A stretch of 64,000 bases of DNA from contig JBBECS010000050.1 of the NCBI GenBank assembly GCA_040881685.1, positions 9,779 through 73,778 on the forward strand, written 5' to 3'. The notes under the pieces were generated by a model. The model made no database searches and was not told the DNA's origin. It saw nothing but the letters and a program-made list of their open reading frames with translations. Positions 12,387-22,279 of this stretch are shown here, piece by piece (position 1 is the first letter of the stretch; the number at the start of each line of letters is the position of its first letter). The position numbers were made by a program, and so were the translations under genes. The DNA comes from Acidimicrobiia bacterium (lineage in GTDB: Bacteria > Actinomycetota > Acidimicrobiia > IMCC26256 > PALSA-555).

Positions 12387-13034
12387 GTGCCCCTCGGCGA
12401 CGCGGCCATCCTGTTCGGATGTCTCGTCACGGCCGTGATCTTTCACGAGGTCAGCCACGGCGTCGTTGCATTGTGGTTCGGTGACGACACCGCCAAGCGC
12501 GCCGGTCGCCTCACGCTGAACCCCGTTCCCCATGTCGACCCGTTCGGGTCGATTCTGCTACCGGCCATGGGTGCACTCGCCGGACTTCCGATCCTCGGGT
12601 ACGCGAAGCCTGTTCCGGTGAACCCGGCGCGCCTGCGCCGTCCGCGCCGGGACCTCGTCTACGTCAGCCTCGCCGGCCCGACGACGAACTTCTTGTTGAT
12701 GGCCATAGCAGCGCTCGGCGCGAGGTGGAGACACTCCGCGGGCTACGAGCTCTCCGGTTCGTTCGATGACCTGCATGGGGACGTGCTCCTGAAGGTCCTC
12801 TTGTTCTTTGCGACGGTGAACCTGTTGCTCGGGTTGTTCAACTTCCTCCCGATCCCTCCGCTCGACGGGTCCGCGCTCATCGAGCGGGTGCTCCCGGAGG
12901 ATTGGCTCCCGGCGTGGTACCGATTCCGCCCGTACGGGCTCATCGTCCTCATCGTGCTGGTGTTCTCGACCAACATCATCGGGCACATCGCCGAACCGTT
13001 CTTCGACCTTCTCGACGGGTTCATCTTCCGGTGA
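12387..13034 (+). CDS. Site-2 protease (peptidase M50)
   Basis: HEVSH, GRLTLNP, SLAGP, NFLPIPPLDGS. Confidence 0.9.
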   Translation: MPLGDAAILFGCLVTAVIFHEVSHGVVALWFGDDTAKRAGRLTLNPVPHVDPFGSILLPAMGALAGLPILGYAKPVPVNPARLRRPRRDLVYVSLAGPTTNFLLMAIAALGARWRHSAGYELSGSFDDLHGDVLLKVLLFFATVNLLLGLFNFLPIPPLDGSALIERVLPEDWLPAWYRFRPYGLIVLIVLVFSTNIIGHIAEPFFDLLDGFIFR

Positions 13035-13567
13035 TGCGTCGTGCCCGTCACCTGGCCCGCCGGTTCGTCGGCACGCTCCGCCTTGGAGGACCAGCACCGC
13101 GGGACACAGAGTGGGTCAAGGCGATCCTCAGCCCGCCCGAGTGCGAACTCTGGGCCCGCATGCCCGATCACGACCGCCGCCATTCGGTCGGGGTCGCGCG
13201 TCGAGTCGAACACGCGCTGAGCGGAACCTCAGAAGCCGGCGACCCGCGCTGGGTGGCGGCGGCCCTGCTCCATGACGTCGGCAAGCTCGACGCGGGACTG
13301 GGCGTGTTGGGTCGCGTCGGTGCGACGCTCGCGGGAGCCGCGGCGGGGCACGACATGGCCGACGCGTGGTCGGCCAAACGCGGCGTCACGCGGCGGTTCG
13401 GCCTCTACCTCCGCCACGCGGAGCTGGGCGAGACGCGTTTGCGAGTGATCGGCGCCCGTGACGAAGCCGCGGCTTGGGCAGGTGCGCACCATGACGAGTC
13501 CGCATGGGGTGCGCTCGCGTTTCCAGCGGGCGTTGTCACGGCCCTCGACGAGGCCGACAACGACTGA
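13034..13567 (+). CDS. HD domain protein
   Basis: HDRRHS..ALLHDVGK; ATG overlaps the stop codon of the M50 gene. Confidence 0.75.
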   Translation: MRRARHLARRFVGTLRLGGPAPRDTEWVKAILSPPECELWARMPDHDRRHSVGVARRVEHALSGTSEAGDPRWVAAALLHDVGKLDAGLGVLGRVGATLAGAAAGHDMADAWSAKRGVTRRFGLYLRHAELGETRLRVIGARDEAAAWAGAHHDESAWGALAFPAGVVTALDEADND

Positions 13568-13580
13568 CGCACCCCCTGCG

Positions 13581-14570
13581 TCAGGCTCGGGGGAGGAGTC
13601 CGGTCGCACGTCGGACGCGCTCGAGCACTGCGGCCGACATCGCTTCGGCCTTCTCCGCACCGATCACGAGCTGCGCGGTCACGTGCTGCGGGTCGGCCTC
13701 GAGCGCGGCGTAGCGCTCTTGCAGGGGCTTGAGGAAGTCCACCACCGCGTCGGCAACCGCGCTCTTCAACGGTCCGTACCCGCCACCGACGAACTCCGCC
13801 GCGACGTCTGGAATGGTCCGCCCCGTGGTCGCGGCGAGGATCTCGAGCAGGTTCGACACACCGGGCTTGTCTTCGGGGGAGTACCGCACGCTGGTATCGG
13901 AGTCGGTGACCGCGCTCTTGATGCGCTTGGCGATCGCCTTCCCGTCGTCGAGCAACGGGATCGTGCCCTGAGGCGAATCGGACGACTTCGACATCTTCGC
14001 GGACGGGTTCTGGAGATCCATCACGCGCGCGCCGACCGGCGGGATGGTCGCCTCGGGCACGACGAGCGTGTCTCCGAACCGGTGGTTGAAGCGGATCGCG
14101 ATGTCCCGCGCCAGCTCCAGGTGCTGACGTTGGTCATCGCCCACCGGAACCTGGTCCGTGTCATAGGCGAGGATGTCCGCGGCCATCAGGACCGGGTAGT
14201 CGAACAGCCCGACGCTCACCGACTCCTGTCCGCCGCCCTTTTCCTTGAACTGGATCATGCGCCCGACTTCGCCGAACGTCGCGACACAGTTCAGGACCCA
14301 CGTGAGCTCGGTGTGCGCGGGCACGTGGCTCTGGACGAACAGCGTGCACTTGCTCGGGTCGATTCCTGCCGCGAGGAGCATGGCCGCAGTGCGCCAGGTT
14401 CGGTCGGCCAGCGTCGGTGGGTCGTAGGGGACCGTCATCGCGTGCAGGTCGACCACGCAGTAGATGGCGTCGTGCTCGGCCTGTTGCGCGACCCAGTGGC
14501 GAATCGCGCCGAGGAAGTTGCCGAGATGCAGCTCACCGGTGGGCTGGATGCCCGAGAACACCCTGACCAT
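13581..14570 (-). CDS. trpS: Tryptophan--tRNA ligase
   Basis: SGIQPTGELHLGN, VPVGDDQRQHLE, KMSKS. Confidence 0.97.
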   Translation of the reverse strand: MVRVFSGIQPTGELHLGNFLGAIRHWVAQQAEHDAIYCVVDLHAMTVPYDPPTLADRTWRTAAMLLAAGIDPSKCTLFVQSHVPAHTELTWVLNCVATFGEVGRMIQFKEKGGGQESVSVGLFDYPVLMAADILAYDTDQVPVGDDQRQHLELARDIAIRFNHRFGDTLVVPEATIPPVGARVMDLQNPSAKMSKSSDSPQGTIPLLDDGKAIAKRIKSAVTDSDTSVRYSPEDKPGVSNLLEILAATTGRTIPDVAAEFVGGGYGPLKSAVADAVVDFLKPLQERYAALEADPQHVTAQLVIGAEKAEAMSAAVLERVRRATGLLPRA

Positions 14571-14627
14571 CGCAGCCACGGTACTTGGCACAGCACCGAA
14601 TGAGCCGTCCGATACCCTGACGCGAGC

Positions 14628-15434
14628 ATGGGTTACGAGGTACGCACGTCGGTCTTCGAGGGGCCTTTCGACCTCCTGTTGCACCTCATCCTCCGCCAAG
14701 AGGTGGATCTCTGGGAGGTTTCCCTCGCGCCGATCATCGACGGATACCTCGCCGAGCTCGAGCGCATGCACGCGCTCGACCTCGAGCTGGCCACGGAGTT
14801 CCTCCTGATCGCGGCGACGCTCATCGAGCTCAAGACGCGGCGACTGCTGCCCGGACCGGCTGATCTCGAACTCGACGAGGAGCTCTTGCGGTTCGAAGAG
14901 CGCGACCTCCTCCTTGCCCGCCTGCTCGAGTGCAAGACCTTCAAGGACGCCGCGGCCGCGATCCAATCGCTCATGAGTCGCGCGGCGCTGTCCGTGCCCC
15001 GCCTGGCCGGCCCCGAGGAGCCATACCGCTCTCTCGTGCCTGACCCACTGGAACGGGTGCGCCTGCTGTCACTTCGCGATGCCGCCCGGCGCGCGCTCGC
15101 GCCGCGCCGCACCGAGATCGTCGACACCGAGCACATCGCGCCGATCCGCGCCAGCGTGGCCGAGGCGATCGTCGAGGTCCTCGGGCGTATGCGCGCCGGT
15201 AAGAGCATGCAGTTCCGCGAGCTCGTCGCCGACGCCGAGACCCGCCTCGACGTGATCGTGCGGTTCCTCGCGGTGCTGGAGCTCTTCAAGCAGGGACTCA
15301 TCGACCTCGAGCAGACCGAGAACTTCGGGACGCTCTCACTGCGGCGACTCGTCGCCGACGACTACTCGCTCGACGAAGCGAGCGTCGCCGATTGGGACGA
15401 GCCCGCGGCGCCGCCGGCAGGGAAGCGCTCATGA
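14628..15434 (+). CDS. scpA: Segregation/condensation protein A
   Basis: FEGPFDLLLHLI, EFLLIAATL, FLAVLEL. Confidence 0.95.
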   Translation: MGYEVRTSVFEGPFDLLLHLILRQEVDLWEVSLAPIIDGYLAELERMHALDLELATEFLLIAATLIELKTRRLLPGPADLELDEELLRFEERDLLLARLLECKTFKDAAAAIQSLMSRAALSVPRLAGPEEPYRSLVPDPLERVRLLSLRDAARRALAPRRTEIVDTEHIAPIRASVAEAIVEVLGRMRAGKSMQFRELVADAETRLDVIVRFLAVLELFKQGLIDLEQTENFGTLSLRRLVADDYSLDEASVADWDEPAAPPAGKRS

Positions 15435-16048
15435 ACGGCGATCACGTCGCGTCGGAAGATCGGCGCGCCATCGAGGCTGTGGTACTGGCGGCAATGGAGC
15501 CGGTCGAGCCGCGATTCCTTGCCGAGCTCGTCGAGCTCCCGGTGGCCGACGTGGAGGAGATCTGCGCCGACCTCGCCCGCGAGTACGAGGAGATGCAACG
15601 CGGCTTCGTGCTCACGCGCGTCGCCGGTGGCTACCGCTTCCAGACCCACCCCGACCTCGCGGCGTACGTCGAGCGGTTCGTGGTGGAGGGCCAGCATGTT
15701 CGCCTCTCGGGTCCCGCGCTCGAGACCTTGGCGATCGTGGCCTACAAGCAGCCGATCTCCCGTGGTCAGATCTCCGCCATTCGCGGCGTCAACGTCGAGT
15801 CGACGCTGGACACGCTCGTTGCGAGGGGGTACATCGAAGAGGTGGCCCGGGATCCGGGACCCGGGCTCGCGGTGCTGTACGGAACGACGAACCTGTTCCT
15901 GGAGCGGCTCGGCATCGATTCACATGACGACCTTCCCCCGCTCGGCGACTTCGTTCCCGACGCGAGCGTGGTCGAAGCGCTCGAGCGCGGCCTGCGGTTG
16001 TCGACCGATCCCGAGGCCGACCTCGAGGATGCCGACCGGCACGAGTAA
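15431..16048 (+). CDS. scpB: Segregation/condensation protein B
   Basis: VAGGYRFQT, ALETLAIVAYKQPISR, LYGTT..FL. Confidence 0.95.
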   Translation: MNGDHVASEDRRAIEAVVLAAMEPVEPRFLAELVELPVADVEEICADLAREYEEMQRGFVLTRVAGGYRFQTHPDLAAYVERFVVEGQHVRLSGPALETLAIVAYKQPISRGQISAIRGVNVESTLDTLVARGYIEEVARDPGPGLAVLYGTTNLFLERLGIDSHDDLPPLGDFVPDASVVEALERGLRLSTDPEADLEDADRHE

Positions 16049-16060
16049 GCGGCTCGGGGC

Positions 16061-16798
16061 GTGGTCGAACACGAACGGCTCCAGAAGGTGCTCGCGCGGG
16101 CCGGCATCGGCTCTCGGCGAGCGTGTGACGATCTGATCGCAACAGGACGCGTGGCGGTCGACGGGCACACCGCCGAGCTCGGGATGCGCGTCGACCCCGA
16201 GACCCAACAGATCACCGTGGATGGCACGCCGGTGACGACGCGCAGTGACGTCGTCTACTACTTGCTGAACAAGCCCACGCGGGTCGTCACCACCGCGGAC
16301 GACCCCGAAGGTCGCCATACGGTGCTCGAGCTCGTGCCCGCCGACCCACGTGTGTTTCCGGTGGGTCGCCTCGACTACGACACCGAAGGACTCTTGATCC
16401 TCACGAACGACGGCGATCTTGCCCAGCTGCTCACGCATCCGAGTCACGGCGTGGAGAAGACGTACCTCGCGGAGGTGAGCGGTGTCCCGACCGCCGCGAC
16501 GGTTCGCGCGCTCCGGCAGGGCATCGAGCTGGACGACGGACCGACGGCACCGGCGCGCGTCCGCATCGTCCAGCACGACGGCGGACGAACGGCGCTGGAG
16601 CTCACGATCCACGAAGGGCGGAACCGTCAGGTCCGACGGATGTGCGAAGCCGTCGGTCATCCCGTTCAGCGACTCGTCCGCACTCGAATCGGCCCGCTGC
16701 ACGACGACCGGCTCGCGCCGGGGGAGTGGCGGACGCTCGAACCAACCGAGGTGCGCAAGCTCTACGAATCCGCGACACACGAGCACCGCGATCGGTAG
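16061..16798 (+). CDS. rluB: 23S rRNA pseudouridine synthase (RluB/RsuA family)
   Basis: ERLQKVLARAG, FPVGRLDYDTEGL, EGRNRQVRRM. Confidence 0.9.
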   Translation: MVEHERLQKVLARAGIGSRRACDDLIATGRVAVDGHTAELGMRVDPETQQITVDGTPVTTRSDVVYYLLNKPTRVVTTADDPEGRHTVLELVPADPRVFPVGRLDYDTEGLLILTNDGDLAQLLTHPSHGVEKTYLAEVSGVPTAATVRALRQGIELDDGPTAPARVRIVQHDGGRTALELTIHEGRNRQVRRMCEAVGHPVQRLVRTRIGPLHDDRLAPGEWRTLEPTEVRKLYESATHEHRDR

Positions 16799-16808
16799 CC
16801 TCCAGGCC

Positions 16809-17171
16809 GTGAAGCTACGAGCGATCCGTGGCGCGATCACGTGCGACGCGAACACCAAGGCTGAGATTGATGCCAAGACCGCGCGCCTGATCGAAGAGAT
16901 CCTGTCGCGCAACGATCTCGACCACGAAGGTCTCGTCAGCATCATGTTCACCGCCACGGAGGACCTCACCGCCGAGTTTCCCGCGGCGGCGGCACGCGCG
17001 CTCGGGCTTGGTGACGTGCCGCTCCTGTGTGCGCGCGAGCTCGCGATCGACCACGGCATGGCGCATGTCGTCCGAGTGCTTGTGCACTGCTACACGGACA
17101 AGGATCGCAGCGACCTGCACCACGTGTACCTCGACGGTGCCCGCGCCCTGCGCGACGACCTGCCCGAGTGA
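16809..17171 (+). CDS. aroH: Chorismate mutase, AroH type
   Basis: RAIRGA, FTATEDL..FPA, RVLVH, YLDGARALRDDL. Confidence 0.93.
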   Translation: MKLRAIRGAITCDANTKAEIDAKTARLIEEILSRNDLDHEGLVSIMFTATEDLTAEFPAAAARALGLGDVPLLCARELAIDHGMAHVVRVLVHCYTDKDRSDLHHVYLDGARALRDDLPE

Positions 17172-17202
17172 CAAGCCGGACCGCGGAACGTCGGTCGAAG
17201 CG

Positions 17203-18495
17203 ATGACCCGCGCCGATGAGCTCGTCGTCGTGGGGCCCCGCCCGCTGCGAGGTCGGTTGCGGCTCCCGGGTGACAAGGGCATCTCGCACCGCGCGCTCTT
17301 CGCGGCGAGCCTCGCGAACGGCGCGAGCGCGATCACAGACCTTGCGCCGGGCGACGACGTGGCCCGGACCCAGGCCGCGCTTGATGCGCTCGGCGTTCGG
17401 GTGATGAGCGCGCCCGATGGTGTCTCGGTCGAGGGGGCAGGCGTCGAAGCCCTGCATGAGCCGGCGGCTGCGATCGACTGCGGGAACTCGGGCACAACGA
17501 TGCGGATGCTCGTCGGTCTGCTTGCCGGGCGGCCGTTCCGCACGGTGCTCACCGGCGACGCCTCTCTCAGCGAGCGACCGATGCAGCGCGTCGTGACGCC
17601 GCTTCGGACGTTGGGCGCGACGATCGACGGTCGTGACGGTGGAAACCGTGCACCGCTCGAGGTGTCCGGGGCTCAGCTCACAGGCGCGACCGTGGAGCTC
17701 GAGGTTGCCAGCGGACAGGTCAAGACCGCGCTCGTCCTCGCGGGCCTGCAAGCCAGTGGGACAACGGAGATCGTCGAGCCAGCACCGAGTCGCGATCACA
17801 CGGAGCGGCTGTTCGGCGCGCTCGCGGCGCCGGTCGAGCGGGTCGACGACCGGACGACGCGAGTGCGCGCGGGCGCCCCCGAAGCATTCACGTGCACGGT
17901 CCCCGGCGACCCGTCGTCGGCTGCATTCTTCGTGGTCGCCGCCACGATCACGCAGGGTTCAGAGCTCGTGCTCGAAGATGTGCTGCTCAATCCCGGCCGG
18001 ATCGCGTTCATCGACGTCCTGCGCTCGATGGGCGCCAGCATCGAGGTGCACGTCCGCGAGGATCGGCTCGGTGAGCCGGTGGGGGACCTCGCGATCCGGT
18101 CTGCACCGCTGCGCGGGACGACCTTCACGACCACCGAGGCGATCATCGACGAGATCCCGGTCCTCGCCGTGGCCGCGTCGTTTGCCGACGGACTCACCGA
18201 GATCCGCAATGTGGCAGAGCTGCGCGTGAAGGAGAGCAACCGCGCTGCGACGATCGAGCACGAACTGACGATGCTGGGCATTGGCGTCGAGGCGCATGGC
18301 GACGTCCTCGTCGTCCGCGGCGGACGACCCAGGGCCGCCACGCTCGAGAGCCATGGGGATCACCGCATCGCCATGGCCGCGGCCGTCGCCGCGAGCGCGG
18401 TCGAAGGCGAGAGCCGGGTTCGCGGTTGGTCGAGTGTCGCAGTGTCGTATCCGCACTTCGCCGAAGACCTCGATCAACTTGCAGGTATGTCGTGA
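17203..18495 (+). CDS. aroA: EPSP synthase
   Basis: PGDKGISHR, GNSGTTMR, ASGQVK, SRDHTER, KESNR, DHRIAMA. Confidence 0.95.
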   Translation: MTRADELVVVGPRPLRGRLRLPGDKGISHRALFAASLANGASAITDLAPGDDVARTQAALDALGVRVMSAPDGVSVEGAGVEALHEPAAAIDCGNSGTTMRMLVGLLAGRPFRTVLTGDASLSERPMQRVVTPLRTLGATIDGRDGGNRAPLEVSGAQLTGATVELEVASGQVKTALVLAGLQASGTTEIVEPAPSRDHTERLFGALAAPVERVDDRTTRVRAGAPEAFTCTVPGDPSSAAFFVVAATITQGSELVLEDVLLNPGRIAFIDVLRSMGASIEVHVREDRLGEPVGDLAIRSAPLRGTTFTTTEAIIDEIPVLAVAASFADGLTEIRNVAELRVKESNRAATIEHELTMLGIGVEAHGDVLVVRGGRPRAATLESHGDHRIAMAAAVAASAVEGESRVRGWSSVAVSYPHFAEDLDQLAGMS

Positions 18496-19160
18496 GCCTG
18501 GTCGTGGCGATCGATGGGCCCTCTGGATCGGGGAAATCGACCGTCGCTCGTGGCGTCGCGGATTCGCTTGGCTTCGACGTGCTCGACACCGGCGCGATGT
18601 ACCGCGCGGTGACCCTCGCCGCCCTCGATCGCGGCATCGATCTGAACGACGCCGACGCGTGCGCCGGCATCGCGAGCGACACCGAGCTCGACGTCGGGGA
18701 CCGCGTCATGCTCGACGGGCACGACGTCACGACCGCGATCCGCGGCCCGACCGTGACCACAGCGGTGTCGCAGGTCTCGGCACACCCGGCCGTTCGCCGC
18801 GAGCTTGTCAAGCGCCAACGGGCGTGGATCGCCGCGCGGGAGGGCGGTGTCGTCGAAGGTCGCGACATCGGGACGGTCGTGTTCCCGGATGCGACCGTGA
18901 AGATCTTTCTCACCGCGAGCGACGAGGAGCGGGCTCATCGACGTCAGCGCGACGAACGGGCAGCGGATCGCGCGGTCAAGGTCGATGATGTCAAGGAAGA
19001 CCTCGCTCGCCGAGATCGCGAAGACAGCAACCGCAAGGCGTCGCCACTTCGATCGGCACCTGATGCGGTCGTCATCGACACCACCGGACGCGTGGTAGCC
19101 GATGTCGTCGACGAGATTGTTCGTCTCGTCGCGGCCGCAACGACCCCGAACGATCGCTGA
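18492..19160 (+). CDS. cmk: Cytidylate kinase
   Basis: AIDGPSGSGKST, DTGAMYRA, VVEGRDIGTVVFP. Confidence 0.96.
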   Translation: MSLVVAIDGPSGSGKSTVARGVADSLGFDVLDTGAMYRAVTLAALDRGIDLNDADACAGIASDTELDVGDRVMLDGHDVTTAIRGPTVTTAVSQVSAHPAVRRELVKRQRAWIAAREGGVVEGRDIGTVVFPDATVKIFLTASDEERAHRRQRDERAADRAVKVDDVKEDLARRDREDSNRKASPLRSAPDAVVIDTTGRVVADVVDEIVRLVAAATTPNDR

Positions 19161-19819
19161 TGTTCTATCGGGTGTTTCGAGCGTTCGTACTGTCGATCTT
19201 CAAGCTCGTCTTTCGCGTCCGGGTCACAGGCCGAGAGCATGTGCCACGTCGCGGTGTGTACGTCGTCGCGCCATCACACCGTTCGATCCTCGACATCCCG
19301 TTCGCCGCGTACATCACCCGGCGGCGAATCCGGTTCATGGCCAAGAAGGAGCTGTTCAGCACCTGGCTCGGCCGGCGCTTCTTTCAAGCCCTTGCCGCGA
19401 TCCCGGTGGATCGCGCCGCCGCCGACCGATCGGCGTTGCGGGAGGCCCAAGCCGCGCTCGATGCGGGCGAGCCCGTCGGCGTCTTTCCAGAGGGCACGCG
19501 CAACAGCGGACCGACGCTCGGGGAGATGCACGATGGAGCGGCGTACCTCGCGCTGAAGCTCGGCGTCCCTATCGTGCCGGTTGGGATCGGCGGGAGCGAG
19601 GAGATCCTCGCCAGCGGCAAGCTCCTCCCGCGGATCAAACGGGTGGTCGTCGTGATCGGGCCGGCGATCTCACCCCCGGCGAGCGGTGATGGGCCGAAGC
19701 GGCGATCCGAAATACGCGAGCTCACGGAGGCGTTGCGCACGCAGCTCCAGAAGTGCTTCGACACGGCACGCCAAGTCGCCGGAACGTCAGCGGGCAACGA
19801 GGTCGGCGAGCGCCGCTGA
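19160..19819 (+). CDS. plsC: 1-acyl-sn-glycerol-3-phosphate acyltransferase
   Basis: SHRSILD, FPEGTR. Confidence 0.9.
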   Translation: MFYRVFRAFVLSIFKLVFRVRVTGREHVPRRGVYVVAPSHRSILDIPFAAYITRRRIRFMAKKELFSTWLGRRFFQALAAIPVDRAAADRSALREAQAALDAGEPVGVFPEGTRNSGPTLGEMHDGAAYLALKLGVPIVPVGIGGSEEILASGKLLPRIKRVVVVIGPAISPPASGDGPKRRSEIRELTEALRTQLQKCFDTARQVAGTSAGNEVGERR

Positions 19820-20857
19820 CGCGTCGACGCTGCGGTCGTCGACGAACGGACCACCGGCGCGTCGTGCGGTGGCAGGATCACCCCCGAGCATCACCGCCAC
19901 GAGCGAGTCGACCGCCGGCACGAGCTCACGAAGCTCACGTGGCGGCGGGAAGTACTCGTCCTCGTCGGTCACGTAGACACGCTCGACGTCATCGCGAGGA
20001 TCGAGCTTCTCGACGACGGCCATGACGACGTCCTCGGGCGCGCTTGCACCCGCGGTGACGCCGACGACTCGGGCTCCGCCCAGCGCCGCGAGGTCGAGCT
20101 CGTCGGGACCGTCCACGCGCAGCACGAGCTCACATCCGGCTTCCTCGGCGACCTTGGCCAGGGCGATGGTGTTCGAGGAGTTCGAGCTCCCGATCACGAT
20201 CACGGCATCGGCCGAAGCTGCGATCGCTCGGAGCGCGGCTTGGCGGTTCGTCGTCGCGAAGCACAGGTCATCGCGGGTGGCGGTCCAGAGCTCCGGGAAG
20301 CTTGCACGGGCCTCGCCCATGATCCCTTCCCAGTCGTGCAGCGCGAGCGTCGTCTGGGCCAGCAGCGCAACCCGCTGTGGGTCCCCGACGGTGGACACCG
20401 CACGTTCGAGGTCCTCTGGACGTTCGACCAGACGGATGCTCTCCGGAGCCACGGCGAGCGTCCCGACCGCCTCGTCATGACCGGCATGGCCGACATAGAG
20501 GATCGTGTAGCCCTTGCCCGCGCGCACCTTGGCCTCGTGGTGCACCTTGGTCACCAACGGGCAGACCGCGTTGACGACGAATCGATTGCCCTCGCGCGCG
20601 GCATCGACCACGTCGGGTGCCGAACCGTGCGCCGACAACATCAACGGAGCCCCCGAAGGAACCTCGGTGACGTCGTCGACGAACACCACTCCAAGTCGAC
20701 GAAAGCGCTCCACGACGAGTCGGTTGTGGACGATCTCGTGGTAGCAGTAGACCGGCGGGTCGAAGGCGCGAACCATCCAAGCGAGTGCCTTGATCGCCAT
20801 CTCGACGCCGGCGCAGAAGCCGCGCGGCTCCGCGAGCAGCACACGTTCGACAGCCAT
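19787..20857 (-). CDS. ispH: 4-hydroxy-3-methylbut-2-enyl diphosphate reductase
   Basis: PRGFCAGV, HEIVHN, SAHG, CPLVTKVH, GHDE, CFATTNRQ, SSNS, TAGASAP. Confidence 0.96.
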   Translation of the reverse strand: MAVERVLLAEPRGFCAGVEMAIKALAWMVRAFDPPVYCYHEIVHNRLVVERFRRLGVVFVDDVTEVPSGAPLMLSAHGSAPDVVDAAREGNRFVVNAVCPLVTKVHHEAKVRAGKGYTILYVGHAGHDEAVGTLAVAPESIRLVERPEDLERAVSTVGDPQRVALLAQTTLALHDWEGIMGEARASFPELWTATRDDLCFATTNRQAALRAIAASADAVIVIGSSNSSNTIALAKVAEEAGCELVLRVDGPDELDLAALGGARVVGVTAGASAPEDVVMAVVEKLDPRDDVERVYVTDEDEYFPPPRELRELVPAVDSLVAVMLGGDPATARRAGGPFVDDRSVDASAALADLVAR

Positions 20858-20902
20858 TCGGGCGAGGGTACCCGTGGGCTCATGGCCTCGTAGACTCGTC
20901 GG

Positions 20903-22279
20903 ATGCCGACCGCACGCGTGGTGGCGGTCGCGCCCGCCTCGCCTGCCGCGACCGCAGGGCTGGTCGCCGGCGACGAACTCCTCAGGGTCAATGGCGAGGC
21001 CGTGCGCGACGTCATCCGCTATCACCTGCACGTTGACGACGCGCACCTCGACCTCGAGGTTCGACGAGGTGGGATCGAACGCGCCGTCGTCATCGAGAAG
21101 CGCGCCGGAGAGCCGCTCGGGTTGGAGCTCGCGAGCCCGGTGTTCGACCGAGTACGGACGTGCGACAACCACTGCCCGTTCTGCTTCATCTACCAGCTGC
21201 CGAAGGGCATGCGGCGCAGCCTCTACGTGAAGGACGACGACTACCGGTTGTCGTTCCTCTACGGAAACTTCACGACGCTCACCCGGTTCACCGAGGCCGA
21301 CCTCGAGCGAGTCGTCACCGAACGGCTCGGCCCGTTGTACGTGAGCATCCACGCGACCGACCCGAAGCTCCGCGCCCGCCTCCTGCGAAACCCGCGCGGC
21401 GCCACCAGCCTGCGTTGGCTGCGAGCGTTGCTGGAGGCCGACATCGAGGTGCACGGACAGGTCGTGGTCTGTCCCGGTCTCAACGATGGTGACGTGCTCG
21501 GGGAGACCCTGCTGGGGGTGCTCGATGAGTACCCCGCCCTCGCGTCACTAGGCCTCGTGCCGCTCGGGGTCAGCGCCCACACCACCGAGCCTGACCTCCG
21601 CCCGCACACCACGGCCGACGCGCTCGCGGCGATCGACACGGTGGAGCGGTGGCAGCCGCGATTCCTGGAGGCCGTAGGCCGGCGTCTCGTGTTCGCAGCC
21701 GATGAGTACTACCTCCTCGCGAGCTCAGCGTTCCCGGAAGGCGAGGAGTACGACGGCTACCCGCAACACGAGAACGGGATCGGGATGGCGCGCACCTTCG
21801 CGGCACAAGTAGCAAGCGCGCTCGCCGGGGATGCCGCGGCGCCGGGCCCGCACCGCACCGGCTTCTTCGACTGGGTGGATGGCGCTCCCTCGTGGGGCTA
21901 CCGCGCGCCTCGCGGACTTGCGGTGCGCGACGCCCGCGATGAGGTGCGGCCGATCACGATCGTGACCGGGGAGTACGGCGCGAGTGTGCTCGAGCCGATG
22001 CTCGACGCGCTGAGAGGGGCGTCGGATGCCAGCATCCACCTGCTCCCCGTTCGCAACCACTTCTTCGGTGGGAACATCGCCGTCACCGGACTGCTCACGG
22101 GGAGCGACATCGCCGCCGCGCTCGAGGGCGAGCCGACGAACAGCCGCGTGCTGCTTCCCGACGTCGTGCTGTCGAACGGGCGATTCCTCGACGGCACCGG
22201 ACTCGATGACCTGCCGATGCCGGTCGAGGTCGTCCCGACCGACGGTGTCGCGTTGGTGTCGACCGTGCGCTCGTCATGA
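20903..22279 (+). CDS. PDZ + radical-SAM-like DUF512 protein
   Basis: N-terminal PDZ-like segment; CxxxCxxC motif (CDNHCPFC); KDDDYRLSF, ENGIGM. Confidence 0.85.
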   Translation: MPTARVVAVAPASPAATAGLVAGDELLRVNGEAVRDVIRYHLHVDDAHLDLEVRRGGIERAVVIEKRAGEPLGLELASPVFDRVRTCDNHCPFCFIYQLPKGMRRSLYVKDDDYRLSFLYGNFTTLTRFTEADLERVVTERLGPLYVSIHATDPKLRARLLRNPRGATSLRWLRALLEADIEVHGQVVVCPGLNDGDVLGETLLGVLDEYPALASLGLVPLGVSAHTTEPDLRPHTTADALAAIDTVERWQPRFLEAVGRRLVFAADEYYLLASSAFPEGEEYDGYPQHENGIGMARTFAAQVASALAGDAAAPGPHRTGFFDWVDGAPSWGYRAPRGLAVRDARDEVRPITIVTGEYGASVLEPMLDALRGASDASIHLLPVRNHFFGGNIAVTGLLTGSDIAAALEGEPTNSRVLLPDVVLSNGRFLDGTGLDDLPMPVEVVPTDGVALVSTVRSS

